From positions 21,700,001-21,764,000 of the forward strand of contig OY740805.1 of the NCBI GenBank assembly GCA_963514005.1: 64,000 nucleotides of DNA. The letters run 5' to 3'. How positions within the stretch are numbered: the stretch's first letter is position 1; the number at the start of each line of letters is the position of its first letter. Both the position numbers and the translations under genes were made by a program. The notes beneath the pieces were generated by a model, which searched no databases, had not been told where the DNA came from, and saw only the letters and a program-made list of their open reading frames with translations. This DNA comes from Raja brachyura. Its lineage: Eukaryota. This document shows, one piece after another, positions 48,101 through 60,544 of the stretch.

Positions 48101-51100
48101 GTAGGACAATTTACAGATGCCAATTAACCTACAAACCTGCAGGTCTTTGGAACTGGGAGGAAACCGAAGCATAAGGGGAAAACCCATGCAGTCACCGAGA
48201 GAACATGCAAAGTTGGTACAGACAGCACCCATAGTCAGGATCAAACCTGAGTCACTGGCACTGCAAGGAAGTAACTCCACTGCTCTGCCACTGTGAGGCC
48301 CCGCTGTTTGAAATGTTGGTTGCAAGTTGTAACTTTATTCATGAGGGCAATTGTCAAGAACACAAGAAAATTTAACAGGAGCAGACTAAGAAGTAGTCTC
48401 CTCTGTTCCATTACCCCATAACCCTCAATAGCCTGAATCTTTCAAAGATTTCACTATCTGTTCTTAAGCATGAATGCCTTAACCACCACCACCTCTGGGC
48501 ACAGAATTCCAGCGATTGACTTCCCTCTGCAATAAGTAATTTTTATGTACCTCAGTTTTAAATAACTGGTTCCTTATTCTGTAGTTGTTTCCCATTGTTT
48601 TTAGACTTTCCCACCAGTGAAACATCTCAACTTCTATCCTGAAAAGCCCCTTAAGATATTGCATGTGTGAATAAGGTCACTCATCACTTTCTACACTCCA
48701 GATGCGGACCTAAACTGTTTACTGCTCTTGATGGGACAACCTTTTCATCGATTGACTTGGTTTTCTGAATTTCATCTGGGCTGCATCCAATCCTCCTATA
48801 CCCTTTTTAGTTTTAAAACTGTGTGCAGTATTCCAGTTATTGACTCATTATCATCCTGCATAATTCCAATATAACACCCCTATTCTTAAATTACATCCCC
48901 TTTGCAGTAAAGACTGCATTTTCCCCATTGGTTATTGGGCCTGCTGCTAACTTATTTTGATGCATGCACTTCAATACCAAGATCCCATCTGAACTTCACT
49001 CATTTACAGTCTCTCTCCATTTAGACAATAATCAACCATTTAAGGTTCAGCTTGGGGTTTGTTATTGTGATGTGTGCCAAAGTATGATGAAAAGCACTGT
49101 TTCTGCTGCTGTATACATAAATACTAAGAAGCCAAACAAAAGTACAATATGCAGACTGAAGGATAAGATACAGAGTGAAGAATATAGCTCTCAACATTAT
49201 TGTCCAACAGTTCCAGAGACAAAATCCAATGGTCATATTGAGGTAAATGAGAATTGGGACTGCGTCCTAGCATTTGCAATGACCATTCAAAAGCCTGATA
49301 CAGAGGAGAAGAAGCTGTTCCTGTCTGGTGCTCTACACCTTGAAGCTCTGCATCTTCTGCCTGATGGGAGTGGAGAAAATAAGGAATCACTAGTGTGAGA
49401 AAGATTTTTGACTATGTTGGCTTCCTTCCTGAAGCAGCAGGAAATGTAAATGGAGACAATAATGGGCCATCTGGTCTGCGGCATGGACTGGGCTACATCC
49501 ACATCTCTCCGCAATTTCTAGGGGTCTTGAGCAGAGCTATTCTGAAAACAAGCTGTGACGTAACCTGATAGGATGCTGTCTATGGTGCATCTGTGGAAGT
49601 TGGTAAGAGTCATTGGACACATACCAAATTTCCTCTGTCGGCTGAGGAAGTAGAGGCATTGGTGTGCCTTCTTGGCTGTCCTTTCAGTGTGGTTGGTCTA
49701 CCAAGGTTCGTTGTTAATATTTACACCAAAGAATTTGAAGCTCTCAACCATTTCTACTTTGGCACCATTGATACAGATTGGGGCATGCTGACTTGATTCC
49801 TCATGCCAAAGAGCATCAACCATTCCTTCTATCTAGAGATGCTGCTTGTCCTGCTAAGTTACTCCAGCATTTTGTGTCTATCTGCAGTGTGAAGCAGCAT
49901 CTGCAGTTCCTTCCCACACAATTTGTCTGCTCCACTAGGAGATCTCCTCAAGGTATGTATACTTTGAAGAAGTTCTCCTCCTCTCTGCAAGAGAGTTCTA
50001 CAGTCCGAAAATGGGTCTCGACCTGAAACGTCACCCATTCCTTCTATCTAGAGATGCTGCCTGTCCCGCTGAGTTAATCCAGCATTTTGTATTTATCTTC
50101 AGCATGACCTCACAGTTTTCCACATTAAACACATTAGCCAGGTTTTGACTAATCACTCAAGCTATCTATATCCTGTTGTAGAATCATGGTATCCTCATTA
50201 AACCGTGCCATTTCATCTATTTTGTATAATTACCAAAACAGAGTCCTTACATTGGTTCCCTGCTCCAATTAGTTGAGGGGAACCCTGATAGAAGTGTGTA
50301 AAGTTATGAAAGACATGGGTGGGTTTGGCTCCCGTCTGGTAGAAGGTGCAGAAGATTGACGGCACGTACCACCAACCTCAGCGACAGCTTCTGTTATCTG
50401 ACTGCTGAACAGTTTTTCCGTTGGTTATGGTAAGGTCTGATTTACCTCTATCCACTGAGATCATTAGTCTTTCTCTCTGGAACTGATGCGCTACAATGCT
50501 GAGCGTTATTCTGCATGATATTCTTCCCCTTTGAATTGATTATATCTGTGTATGGTATATATAATCTGCTTGGATAGCATGGCATGCTTAGGTCCTTGGA
50601 TGGAGTCAAGGGGGGAGGTAAAGCGACAAGTGCAGCATTTCCTGCGGTTGCAAGGGAGAGTACCAGGGGAGGGGGTGGTTTGGTTGGGAAGGGATACATT
50701 GATCAGGGAGTTGCAGTGGGAGCGGTCTCTGCAGAAAGCCAAAAGGGGAGAAGATGAGCAGATGTGGCCAGTAATGGGGTCCCGTTGGAGGTGACGAAAA
50801 TGTCGGAGGATTATCTGTTGTATGTGACGGCTGCTAGGGTGGAAGGTGAGGAAAAGGGGGACTTGTCATGAGTGGAGGGATGGGGAGTGAGAGCGGAGCA
50901 ATGGGATATAGAAGAGCCCCTGGTGAGAGCCTCATCAATAGTCGAAGAGAGGAAGCCCCGTTCCCTAACCTTCCCCTTCCCTGGTACTTCCCGTTCCAGC
51001 GCAGGAAATGCTACACTTGTCTCTTTACCTCCCTCCTTGATTCCATCCAAGACCTACGCAGTGTTTCCAGGTGAGGCAGAGGTTCACCTGCCCCTCCTCC

Positions 51101-51404
51101 AACCTCATCTATTGCATCCGCTGCTCTAGGTGTCAACTGCTCCACATCGGTGAGACTAAGCGCAGGCTTGGCAATCACTTCGCCCAACACCTCCGCTCAG
51201 TCGGCATTAACCAACCTGATCTCACGGTGGCTCAGCACTCCAACTCCCCCTCCCATTCCGAATACGACCTTTCTGTCCTGGGTCTCCTCCATGGCCAGAG
51301 TGAGTCCCTCCGCAAAATGGGGGAGCAGCATATCATTTTTCACTTGGGTAGTTTACACCCCAGCGGTATGAACATTGACTTCTCCATTTTCAGGTAGACC
51401 TTGC

Positions 51405-52958
51405 CAAAGATTCTATTGCGAGCAAGATAGTCCACTCGACGAAAGATATGTAGTACGGTCATGGGCAGATTCATGAGTAATTTAAGGCCCCATTTCCGTA
51501 ACCGGCTTCCGTGTCCACACCAAAAATCCCATAGGATAATAGTGCGGAGATGGAAGCCGGTTACGGAAACATCCTCGTTAAACTAAAAGTTATTTGGTAA
51601 AAATCTTCTCCTCATTTTCAGAATTTTAATTTATTAACACAAACTCTTCCCCTGCAACGTTGATTACAATGCGAGTCAGGTCGGATCCGGTTACGGAAAT
51701 GGATGAAAAAAAGGCCCACCCACGTTCAGTTCCGTTGCGTACTACACGTCAGCATTTAGCAGGAGTGGCCCATCTTTTTTTTTTTTTTGGAATATATTTT
51801 TATTAGAGGCCATAGATATTATAAATAATATAACAATTTTTTCAGATATAATTAATACATCTTTCCAAAATTATATAAATATTACCAAACCGTATATATA
51901 GGCCTCCATTTTTTTTATAGTATGAAAAAGAGAAAAAGAAAAAAGTATAAAGAAAGAATAGTGAGTAACTTGAAGAATATGATTATATTTGATTAACAGG
52001 GGAAAAAAAGAATAAATAAATAAATTTAAAAAAAATAAAAATGACAATTATTATACTTGAGGAAAAGAAAACAGTATACATCTTATCAATGAATGGAACA
52101 ATTTCTAATTATAATATATAGAGACAAGTATATAAATCTGAACTTAAACATTTTTGTTTGATCTTCCCACGGGTACTTATTGAGTTTCAATGCCGAGACC
52201 AGCTACCCCTTCATATAATCAGTGAATGGAGACCATATTTGTTCAAAAAGCTCAACTTTATCCATTAGGATAAATGGATACTTCTCTCCAGTTTTAACGT
52301 CTCCAACATTTCCACTGTCCACATTTTAATTGTCGGGGATAATGGTCCCTTCCAAAATTTTAATATTATTTTTTTTCCAATTATTAAACAATAATCCAGA
52401 AAATTTCTTTGATTTGCTGTTAAAGTTTGGTTTGAATCTGAAACCACAAATATAATTAATTTTGGGTCAGGGTTTAATGTAATCTTTAAAACTATGGAAA
52501 TAACTTTGAAAATCTCAGTCCAATAACTATTAGGTTTTGTACATATTACAAAACTATGAGTTAAATCGGCTTCTATGTGCTGACATTTATCTCATAATGG
52601 TGATATATTAGGAAAAATTCTATTTAATTTATTTTTTGAGTAGTGTAATCTATGTATTACTTTGAATTGTATCAAAGTATGTCTGGCATTTAACGAACAG
52701 CGATGAATTCGTTGTAAGCTTTCTTCCCAAAAATCTTCTGATATTGGTAAACCAATATCCCATTTTTGTCGGAATTGTTCAGTTTTTGGCATTTCCCTGT
52801 CCAAAAGAATATTATATATATATGCTATTAATTTTTCTGTTGTTGGATGCTTGTTAAGTACTTCATCCAGTAAACCTGGATCTCTATTTCTATAATTTAG
52901 CGTATTTAATTTGACATAATCTAGGAGTGGCCCATTTTGCTCCGCTATAGGATCTTTG
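51405..52958. mobile_element. Second copy of the CAAAGAT-TIR element, interrupted by an L1
   Basis: CAAAGATTCTATTGC / GCTATAGGATCTTTG ends; imperfect 8-bp TSD GACCTTGC/GTCCCTGC. Confidence 0.75.
51775..52922 (-). mobile_element. 5'-truncated L1-clade LINE (ORF2 C-terminus, AT-rich 3' UTR, poly(A))
   Basis: Poly-T at 51775, 13-bp TSD AGGAGTGGCCCAT (51761-51773 and 52923-52935), peptide IQFKVIHRLHYS...KC......LTH...C..W (zf-RVT-like). Confidence 0.9.
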
Positions 52959-53713
52959 GTCCCTGCTTTCTCCCTCCTTCCCCTCCCCTCCCAAAGCCTA
53001 CTGTCTCCACGTCTTCCTTTCTTCTTCCCGCCCCCCACCCCCTCGTCTGAAGAAGGGTCTTGACCCAAAACGTCACCTGTTCCTTTACTCCATAGATGCT
53101 GCCTCACCGCTGAGTTTCTCCAGCATTTTTGTCTACCTTCGATTTTTCCAGCATCTGTAGTTCTTTCTTAAACATGTACTTGTTCTTTGTAGTTTTCCTG
53201 AGTGTATGGTGGGGGTAATATGGAGTGAGCTTTGCCCAGAATCAAATGTGAGGTAAGAGTCGTTTAATTGTCATATGTATCAACATTAGAACAACACAAT
53301 TCCTACTTGCTGCAGCTTCACCTGCACGTAACTGCAATAACACAGAATATTAAACAACAAATAAAACAATAAATTAAAAATTGTAATGCCGGACTATCAT
53401 AATAGTGGGGGTGGAACATTGCAACCTTCACGTGGTCCGCCCTGTTTTCACTAATGCAATCAACTCAACGTGCACAATCTGATGATCAAATAGAACAAGT
53501 TGTCCAACAACTTTAGGCTGTGCACGCCACATGAAAGAAGAAGAAGATCATAATAGTGCAATAACAAAATTCATAGTACATTCAAAGATGATCAGAGATG
53601 CTGAAGTTGGTTTTGCGTAGTATTGAAGAGCCTGTTGATTGCTGAGAAGAGGCTGTTCTTGAATCTGGTTGTCACAGTTTTCAGGCTGCTGTATCATTCC
53701 ATATATCTATACA

Positions 53714-54003
53714 GGGTGGCACAGCAGTAGAGTTGCTGCCTTATAGCATCAGACACCCGGGTTAGATCCTGACTTATGGGTGAAGCCTATACGAGAGTTT
53801 GTATGTTGGGTGAATGCATTGTTTTTCTCCGGGTGCTCCAGTTTCCTTTAGGTTAATTCCAATTAGGTTAATTGGCTTGTAAATTGTAAATTGTCCCTAG
53901 TGTGCGTAGGATAGTGCCAATGTAAAGGGATCATTGGTCTTCGCAAACTTGGGAAGCCGAAAGGTCTGTTTCCACGCTGCATCTCTAAAGTAAACTAAAC
54001 TAA
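53714..54003 (+). mobile_element. V-SINE (HE1-like)
   Basis: A/B boxes, V-domain, (AACTA)n tail. Confidence 0.85.
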
Positions 54004-54047
54004 TTCTGCCCTGAGATTGTGTGTTTGGACAACGCAGACGCAGCTTA

Positions 54048-54287
54048 AGGCCCTGTCCCACTGTGTGAGCTATTTCAAGAGTTCTCCCGAGATTCCCCTG
54101 TTACGAACTCGGAGAAATACGGTAACAGCCGCTCGTAGGTACTCGGGGCTCTCGTGGACATTTTTCAACGTGTTGAAAAACCTTCACGAGTCTTCACGAG
54201 CTTACCGCATTTCCCGAGTGCCTGCCGTTAGCTTTACGAACCGCTAAGAGACGTCCCGAACTCCGACGTACTCGCTACGTACATTCA
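54048..54287. mobile_element. Harbinger-type MITE, truncated
   Basis: TTA|AGGCCCTGTCCCACTG terminus; reverse-complement homology to the 35449 and 63070 copies. Confidence 0.7.
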
Positions 54288-54359
54288 CTATGTGCTTGGT
54301 TGGTTAATTGAATGCTGTAAATTGGCCAGTGTGTAATTGGATGACAGATGTTGTCTATG

Positions 54360-54668
54360 TTTAGTTTAGTTCAGAGATACAGTGAGGAAACAGACCCGAC
54401 AGCCCACCATGTCTGCATCGACCAGCGATCCCCACATATTAACGTGACCCTAAACACACTAGGGTTAATCTTACCTTTTATACCAAGCCAATTAACGTAC
54501 AAACCTGTACGTCTTTGGAGTGTGGGAGGAAACCGAAGATCTTGTAGAAAACCTACGCAGGTCACGAGGAGAACGTACAAACTCCATATAGAAAAGTACC
54601 TGTAGTCAGGATTGAACCCGGGTCTCTGGCGCTGTAAAGCAGTAACCCTACGACTATGCCACCATGCC
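54360..54668 (-). mobile_element. V-SINE (HE1-like)
   Basis: Reverse complement of the consensus, TTTAG tail at 54360. Confidence 0.88.
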
Positions 54669-55854
54669 ATCGTACAGCAAGGTTCCACGTGGGTGGCTGG
54701 TCCATTAGGTTGGAAAACATGGGATCCAGGGTGAGATAGTCAATTGGAGGCTTGGTAAAGGAGTCAGAGATTGGTAATGGAGGGTTGTTTTTTTACATAG
54801 GAAGTCTGTGACAGTGGTATGCCTCAGGGACTGATGCTCTGATGTCAATCAGTCACACACCGTGCTCTCAGACTGCAGAAATGAAAGAGATGAAGGAAAG
54901 AGAGATAGAGCTGAAGGATGAGAGATGGAGAAATAAATAGATGGCGAGAGATTTGGAAAGAGAGAGAGGGATAGCGAGATGGGGAGAGATGATAGATAGA
55001 GAGAGGGATAATGAGATTGATATTTTTGAGAGCAGAGCTGAAAATAGGTGAGGTCCCTTGGAAAACTGTGTGGACACAGGATGTCTGGGGATGGCCATTT
55101 TATAGAGGGATTACACTATGAAGTAAAATAGATAATGTTAAGGGTTCTCAAGCCAGATAAGCAAAACTAAGAGTCTGAAGAAGGGTTTTGGCCCGAAACG
55201 TTGCCTATTTCCTTCGGTCCATAGAGGCTGCTGCACCCGCTGAGTTTTTCCAGCACTTTTGTCTACCTATGCATACTAAGATGTGTTTTGTTATTCAGTC
55301 CCTGGATGAGTGGCAACTTGAATTTCTTGATTTCTTTTTCAAAGTTCAGGCCTTGGATTAGAGTCTTGTGTGCAACAAGTCAGCTGAGGCCCTAGACAGA
55401 TTAATGGTTGCCTGTTCAACATTCTGTACAACTGGAATATGACACCACAACTCTAGTCCTCAGTACCATGGCTGAGGAAACAAGGCATAACATATACTCT
55501 GCATATGAATGAACAGCAGATGCTAATTTAAGCCGAAGATAGACACAAAAAGCTAGAGAGACTAAGCGGCAATATTTCTGGAGAGAAGGATTGGGTTACG
55601 TTTTGGGTCGAGGCGATTCTTCAGACATATATTCCCTTCACTACCCTATTGAACTATGATATCATTTTCAGGGAACTATGTAATTATACACCAAGGTACA
55701 GCTCCATTTAGAATCCTGCAATAGATTTGACCAGCCTTGATTTGACTTCCCAAAATTAGATTAGAGTTAGATTTTCTACTATTAAACACTACAACCTCAA
55801 ACAAGCCCTTGACTACATAGACTATTATTGTTATTGTTGCACCATAATTGTTTG

Positions 55855-56072
55855 NNNNNNNNNNNNNNNNNNNNNNNNNNNNNNNNNNNNNNNNNNNNNN
55901 NNNNNNNNNNNNNNNNNNNNNNNNNNNNNNNNNNNNNNNNNNNNNNNNNNNNNNNNNNNNNNNNNNNNNNNNNNNNNNNNNNNNNNNNNNNNNNNNNNNN
56001 NNNNNNNNNNNNNNNNNNNNNNNNNNNNNNNNNNNNNNNNNNNNNNNNNNNNNNNNNNNNNNNNNNNNNNNN
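55855..56072. other. Assembly gap
   Basis: Run of N. Confidence 1.
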
Positions 56073-57189
56073 TTCACACTGGAGGCCTGTGACTAGAGGT
56101 GTCCCTCAATGATCAGTGCAGGGCCCATTGCTGATTGTGGTTTATATAAGTGACTTAGATGAAAATGTGCGGCATGATTAGAAACTTCGCAGATGACATT
56201 GGTGTAGTTGGTATCATAAACAGTGAACATAGTTATCAACAATTACAGCTGGATCTTGATCAGCGAGACAAGTGGGCTGAAGAATGGTTAATGGAGCTTC
56301 CAGGCCTGACATACTGACACTGCTGCCCATGCCACCATCGGCCCACAAAGCCTCCAGGCCATGTTTACCGCCAACCTTTACCTGTACTCTAGCCGCTCGT
56401 GGGCCCATTGACTCCGCCGATCCTCGCCTCTTCACCGGCCACCTGCCGGCTAAAGACATCAACTTACATTGTTTGTAGGCCCAGTTTCCGGCCATTGGCC
56501 TCTACGCTGCTGGCCCCCACAATGTACGGTAAAGCTCTCCGGGGTCCTTCCCCCCCCACCGACTTCCTTCTGATACAGAACAGGCTCACCATGATGTAGA
56601 GCTCTTCTTCAGTTGCCTCCGCCTCCAAGCTTTTTTCTATGGGAAGGAGTCCTCGCCTCCCAGTGAAAACACCGTCCTCTGTATCCAACATACCCCCTCA
56701 TCTTCGACCCCCTGTGCCGGCATTCTACCCTCTTACGACCTGTTTATTTCGAACTGCCGGCATGACATATCTCTAAACTAAACTGAATTATGAACAAATG
56801 GCGATTCATTTCTAAGTCAAGATGGATCCCAGGTCAGGTTCCCACACATCTGCTGACCTTGTTGTTCTTGTGCTTGAGATGTTGAGTTTGGAATGTTCTG
56901 GTGGGCTCGACGACACGTATCTGCAATATGTTTTGTCGCTGGTTAAAGCTTGTGATGCAGTGAATAAACGAGGAAATGAAATTGAGCATTGTGCAATCAA
57001 CAGAAGGCATCCTCACGTTTGACTTTATAATGGAAGGAAGGTCACTAAAGTCCCAGATCTTAGTGAGTACTCTACATTATCCAGGCACCTAACATTCAGT
57101 TATCTTGATTGGGGTACTTTGTACCTGCAAAAGGAATGGGAACAGCGTCAAACAATGTACTTGATTGTCGTTCATTAATTTCATTATTA

Positions 57190-57520
57190 GAATCATAGTC
57201 AAAGAGTGATACATTTGGAAACAGGCCATTTGGCCCAACTCGCCAACAGTGGCCAACAATGTCCCAGTTACACTGGTCCCCCTTGCCTGCGATTGGTCCA
57301 TATCCCTCCAAACCTGTCCTATTCATGTACCTGTCTAACTGTTTCTTAAACGATAGGATAGTCCCAGCCTCAACTACCTCCTCTGGCAGTTGTTCCATAC
57401 AGCCACCATCCTTTGTGTGAAAAAAATAACCCTCGGATCCCTATGAAATAGTTTCCCCTTCACCTTGAACCCGTGCCCTCTGGTCTTCGATTTCCCTATT
57501 CTGTGCAAAGTAATCTGTGC
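57190..57520 (-). mobile_element. CR1 3' end
   Basis: LPEEVVEAGTILSFKKQLDRYM remnant and 3' UTR. Confidence 0.8.
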
Positions 57521-58451
57521 ATTGAATAACAGTCGATTGCGTTATCATTTCAATGTGTGCTGATCTGTCATGAAACTTTCCAAGTCAATCCATGTTCACC
57601 ACACTCATAGTCACTTTGAGGTAACATTGGCTGAACAGCTTGTCCCTCCTAGTAATCTTGATAAGGAATGTCAGGCCAAGTATATCATGGCCTATTAATT
57701 CATAAAATCAGATTCAAATCAACATCTCCATTCCCATTGACATGCGATTTACACATTGGCCATGAAGATTTTTTCCACAATGGATCTCAACCAAAAACAT
57801 CACCATTCCTTCTATCCAGAGATGCTGCCTGTTCCACTGAGTTACTACAACATTTTGTGTCTATCTTCTGCTTAAACCAGCATCTGCAGTTCCTTCGTAT
57901 ACATTAAGAATTCCTTGGACATGTTTAACATGGTTTGAACTCATTGTTTGAAAACAGAATTCGTTAACATTGTCCAATAGGGAGTGTGAGTGTTTCTGGA
58001 AGTAAATGCCACAATTTGTTTGCTTTTCCTTGTGAAAGACTGTGCTTGGTTTTGGGTTTCCTGAATCAACTGTAATCAATATCAGACTGACAGACAAAAA
58101 GCCTTGTTCTCGCCATTAACTATGGAGTAGACTGCAATCTAGTTCAGACTAGGCTGTGATGTCTCCCAGTAAATTGAAATAGCTCTCAAACATACCATGT
58201 GAAAACTGATCTTCAAAGTTCAGTCGTGTGAGGAAAGTATTGCAGAGAGTGTGTCTCCTTACAGCTAAAGCAGAACAAGAGGTCAGTACACTTGTAAAAG
58301 AGAAATTGATTTAAACATTTTAAATAACCTACATCGTTCCAGTGAATGCCATCTTGTAACAAAAAGGTCTGTTATCAATAGATTATGAGAGGTGGCTGTT
58401 GATTGAATTGAATTGAATACTTTATTGTCACATGTGACAAGTCTCAGTAAA

Positions 58452-59699
58452 CGCCTAGCGGAGTTGGTCCTTACCCTAAACAACTTCTCTTTTGACTCCT
58501 CCCATTTCCTCCAAACACAAGGCGTAGCTATGGGCACACGCATGGGCCCTAGCTACGCCTGCCTCTTTGTCGGGTACGTCGAACAATCTTTGTTCTCGAC
58601 GTACCAGGGCCCCACCCCCGACCTTTACCTCCGTTACATTGACGACTGCTTTGGTGTCACCTCCTGCACCCACGCAGAACTGACTGACTTTATCCATTTC
58701 ACCACCAACTTCCATCCGGCACTCAAATATACTTGGACCATTTCCGACATTTCCCTACCATTCCTTGACCTCACCATCTCTATTGCAGGTGACACACTCC
58801 TGACTGACATCCACTACAAACCAACTGACTCCCACAGCTACCTGGACTACTCTTCCTCCCACCCTGCTTCCTGTAAGGACTCCATCCCCTATTCCCAATT
58901 CCTCCGACTACGCCGCATCTGCTCCCAGGATGACGTGTTCCACACCAGGTCATCGCAAATGTCCTCGTTCTTCAGAGAACGGGGTTTCCCCTCCCCCACT
59001 ATCGATGAGGCTCGCACCAGGGTCTCCTCCATACCCCGCAACACTGCCCTCTCTCCCCATTCCCCCACTCACAACAAGGGCCGAGTCCCCCTGGTCCTCA
59101 CCTTTCACCCCACCAGCCAGCGCATACAACAGATAGTCCTCCGCCAGTTTCGCCACCTCCAACGTGACCCCTCCACTCGCCACATCTTCCCATCTCCCCC
59201 TCTATCTGCCTTCCGCAAAGACCGCTCCCTCCGCAACTCCCTCGTCAATTCTTCCCTTCCCTCCTGCTCCACTCCTTCCCCGGGCACTTTCCCTTGCAAC
59301 CGCAAGAGATGCTACACTTGTTCCTTCACCTCCCCCATCCACTCCTTTCAGGGACCCAAGCAGTCATTCCAAGTCCGACAGAGGTTCACCTGCACCTCCT
59401 CCAACCTCGTCTACTGCATCCGTTGCTCCAGATGCCAGCTAATCTACATCGGTGAGACCAAGCGGAGGCTAGGCGATCGTTTCGCCGAACACCTCCGCTC
59501 GGTCCGCAATAACCAACCCGACCTCCCGGTGGCTCAGCACTTCAACTCCCCCTCCCACTCCGTATCCGACCTCTCGGTCCTGAGCCTCCTCCATGGCCAG
59601 AGTGAACAACACCGCAAGTTTGAGGAACAACATCTCATATTCCGCTTGGGGAGTCTGCATCCTCTGGGCTTAAACATTGAATTTTCTCAATTCTGTTAA
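58452..59699 (+). CDS. Penelope RT (C-terminal part) plus GIY-YIG endonuclease, 5'-truncated
   Basis: QGVAMGT, RYIDD, FLD, YKPT motifs, then CxxxxCxxC and VYCIRC...YIGET. The first about 13 residues of track ORF 58413 come from flanking DNA. Confidence 0.93.
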   Translation, partial: RLAELVLTLNNFSFDSSHFLQTQGVAMGTRMGPSYACLFVGYVEQSLFSTYQGPTPDLYLRYIDDCFGVTSCTHAELTDFIHFTTNFHPALKYTWTISDISLPFLDLTISIAGDTLLTDIHYKPTDSHSYLDYSSSHPASCKDSIPYSQFLRLRRICSQDDVFHTRSSQMSSFFRERGFPSPTIDEARTRVSSIPRNTALSPHSPTHNKGRVPLVLTFHPTSQRIQQIVLRQFRHLQRDPSTRHIFPSPPLSAFRKDRSLRNSLVNSSLPSCSTPSPGTFPCNRKRCYTCSFTSPIHSFQGPKQSFQVRQRFTCTSSNLVYCIRCSRCQLIYIGETKRRLGDRFAEHLRSVRNNQPDLPVAQHFNSPSHSVSDLSVLSLLHGQSEQHRKFEEQHLIFRLGSLHPLGLNIEFSQFC

Positions 59700-59940
59700 C
59701 CCAGACTGCTCCTTTCCCCCCACCACCCCCCCCCCCTCTCCCTCAGCCCTCGGGCCCTGACATTCCTTCACCATCTCCCCCCCCCCCAAGTCGCACTAGC
59801 TTCTCATTTTCACACCAGAAACAGCTTACAATGGCCTGCTTTCCTTATCACCAATACTTTTTTGCATATCTTTCACTCATTGTTCTTGCTTTATCTCTCC
59901 ATATCACTGTTTATATCTCTCGTTTCCCTGATCCCTGACC

Positions 59941-59975
59941 AGTCTGAAGAAGGGTCTCGACCCGAAACGTCGCCT
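59941..59975 (+). ncRNA. Minimal hammerhead-ribozyme-like core in the PLE pLTR
   Basis: CTGAAGA-A-GGGTCTCGACCC (helix II)-GAAAC-GTC; helix III reduced to the palindromic ACGT, as in PLE minimal hammerheads; helix I is weak. Confidence 0.65.
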
Positions 59976-60544
59976 ATCTCCTTCACTCCTTAGATGCTGC
60001 TGCACCCGCTGAGTTTCTCCAGCTTTTTGTGTAACTCTCAGTAAAAGTATTTGCTTGCACACACAAGGCATGGAAATAGTTGCCCATAAAGGGCGCTTAC
60101 AAAGTTACAAATTTCCGCCCCCCACGCCAGATCTTACTTTGTTCCTTCCCTCGGCAGCGGCGTGTTCAATTCCACGTGTCCATCCCCATCCATCCGTTGG
60201 CGCCATCATCGACCGCCACACCGGCCTCTTCACTAACGCTGCCGGGTCCTCTCCAGACACCTTCGTGGCACTGACCCAGGCCCCCGCTGCGGGCTCCATC
60301 CACCCAGGCAAGAAGTAACTGTGAGTTGTGTGCAAAGGATTTTTTTCATGTGGTGTCAGCCACAGCATTTCTCCATTCTCAGTCACAGACCCATGGGTCA
60401 ATATCCCACCAAAGAAGCATCAGTGGAATCTAGTGCTGTACAGGGCGTTCTGCAGAGTTTGTGATGCAATTTTACAACCACATGTTAAACCAAAATATTA
60501 CCAGGCCGGCACAATGGCACACTGGCAGAGCTGCTCCCTCTGTG

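Larger units (their letters stand above)
50587..53172. mobile_element. PLE with inverted structure: minus segment about 50587-50965 and plus segment about 50966-53172 (hosts a MITE and an L1)
   Basis: ORF 51071-51397 is GIY-YIG on +; ERGFLSSTIDEALTR...IQGPK on -; pLTR with hammerhead-like core at about 53047. Confidence 0.85.
58452..60035 (+). mobile_element. Young, 5'-truncated Penelope-like element (PLE)
   Basis: 10-bp TSD TCTCAGTAAA (58442-58451 and 60036-60045), uninterrupted RT plus GIY-YIG ORF, pyrimidine-rich 3' UTR and pLTR end. Confidence 0.95.

Noticed and set aside
56857-56920. Minus-strand AG...GT bounded open segment (TCRRAHQNIPNSTSQAQEQQ) that could be an exon of an upstream gene
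   Set aside because: Weak splice sites, no homology, no partner exons found.
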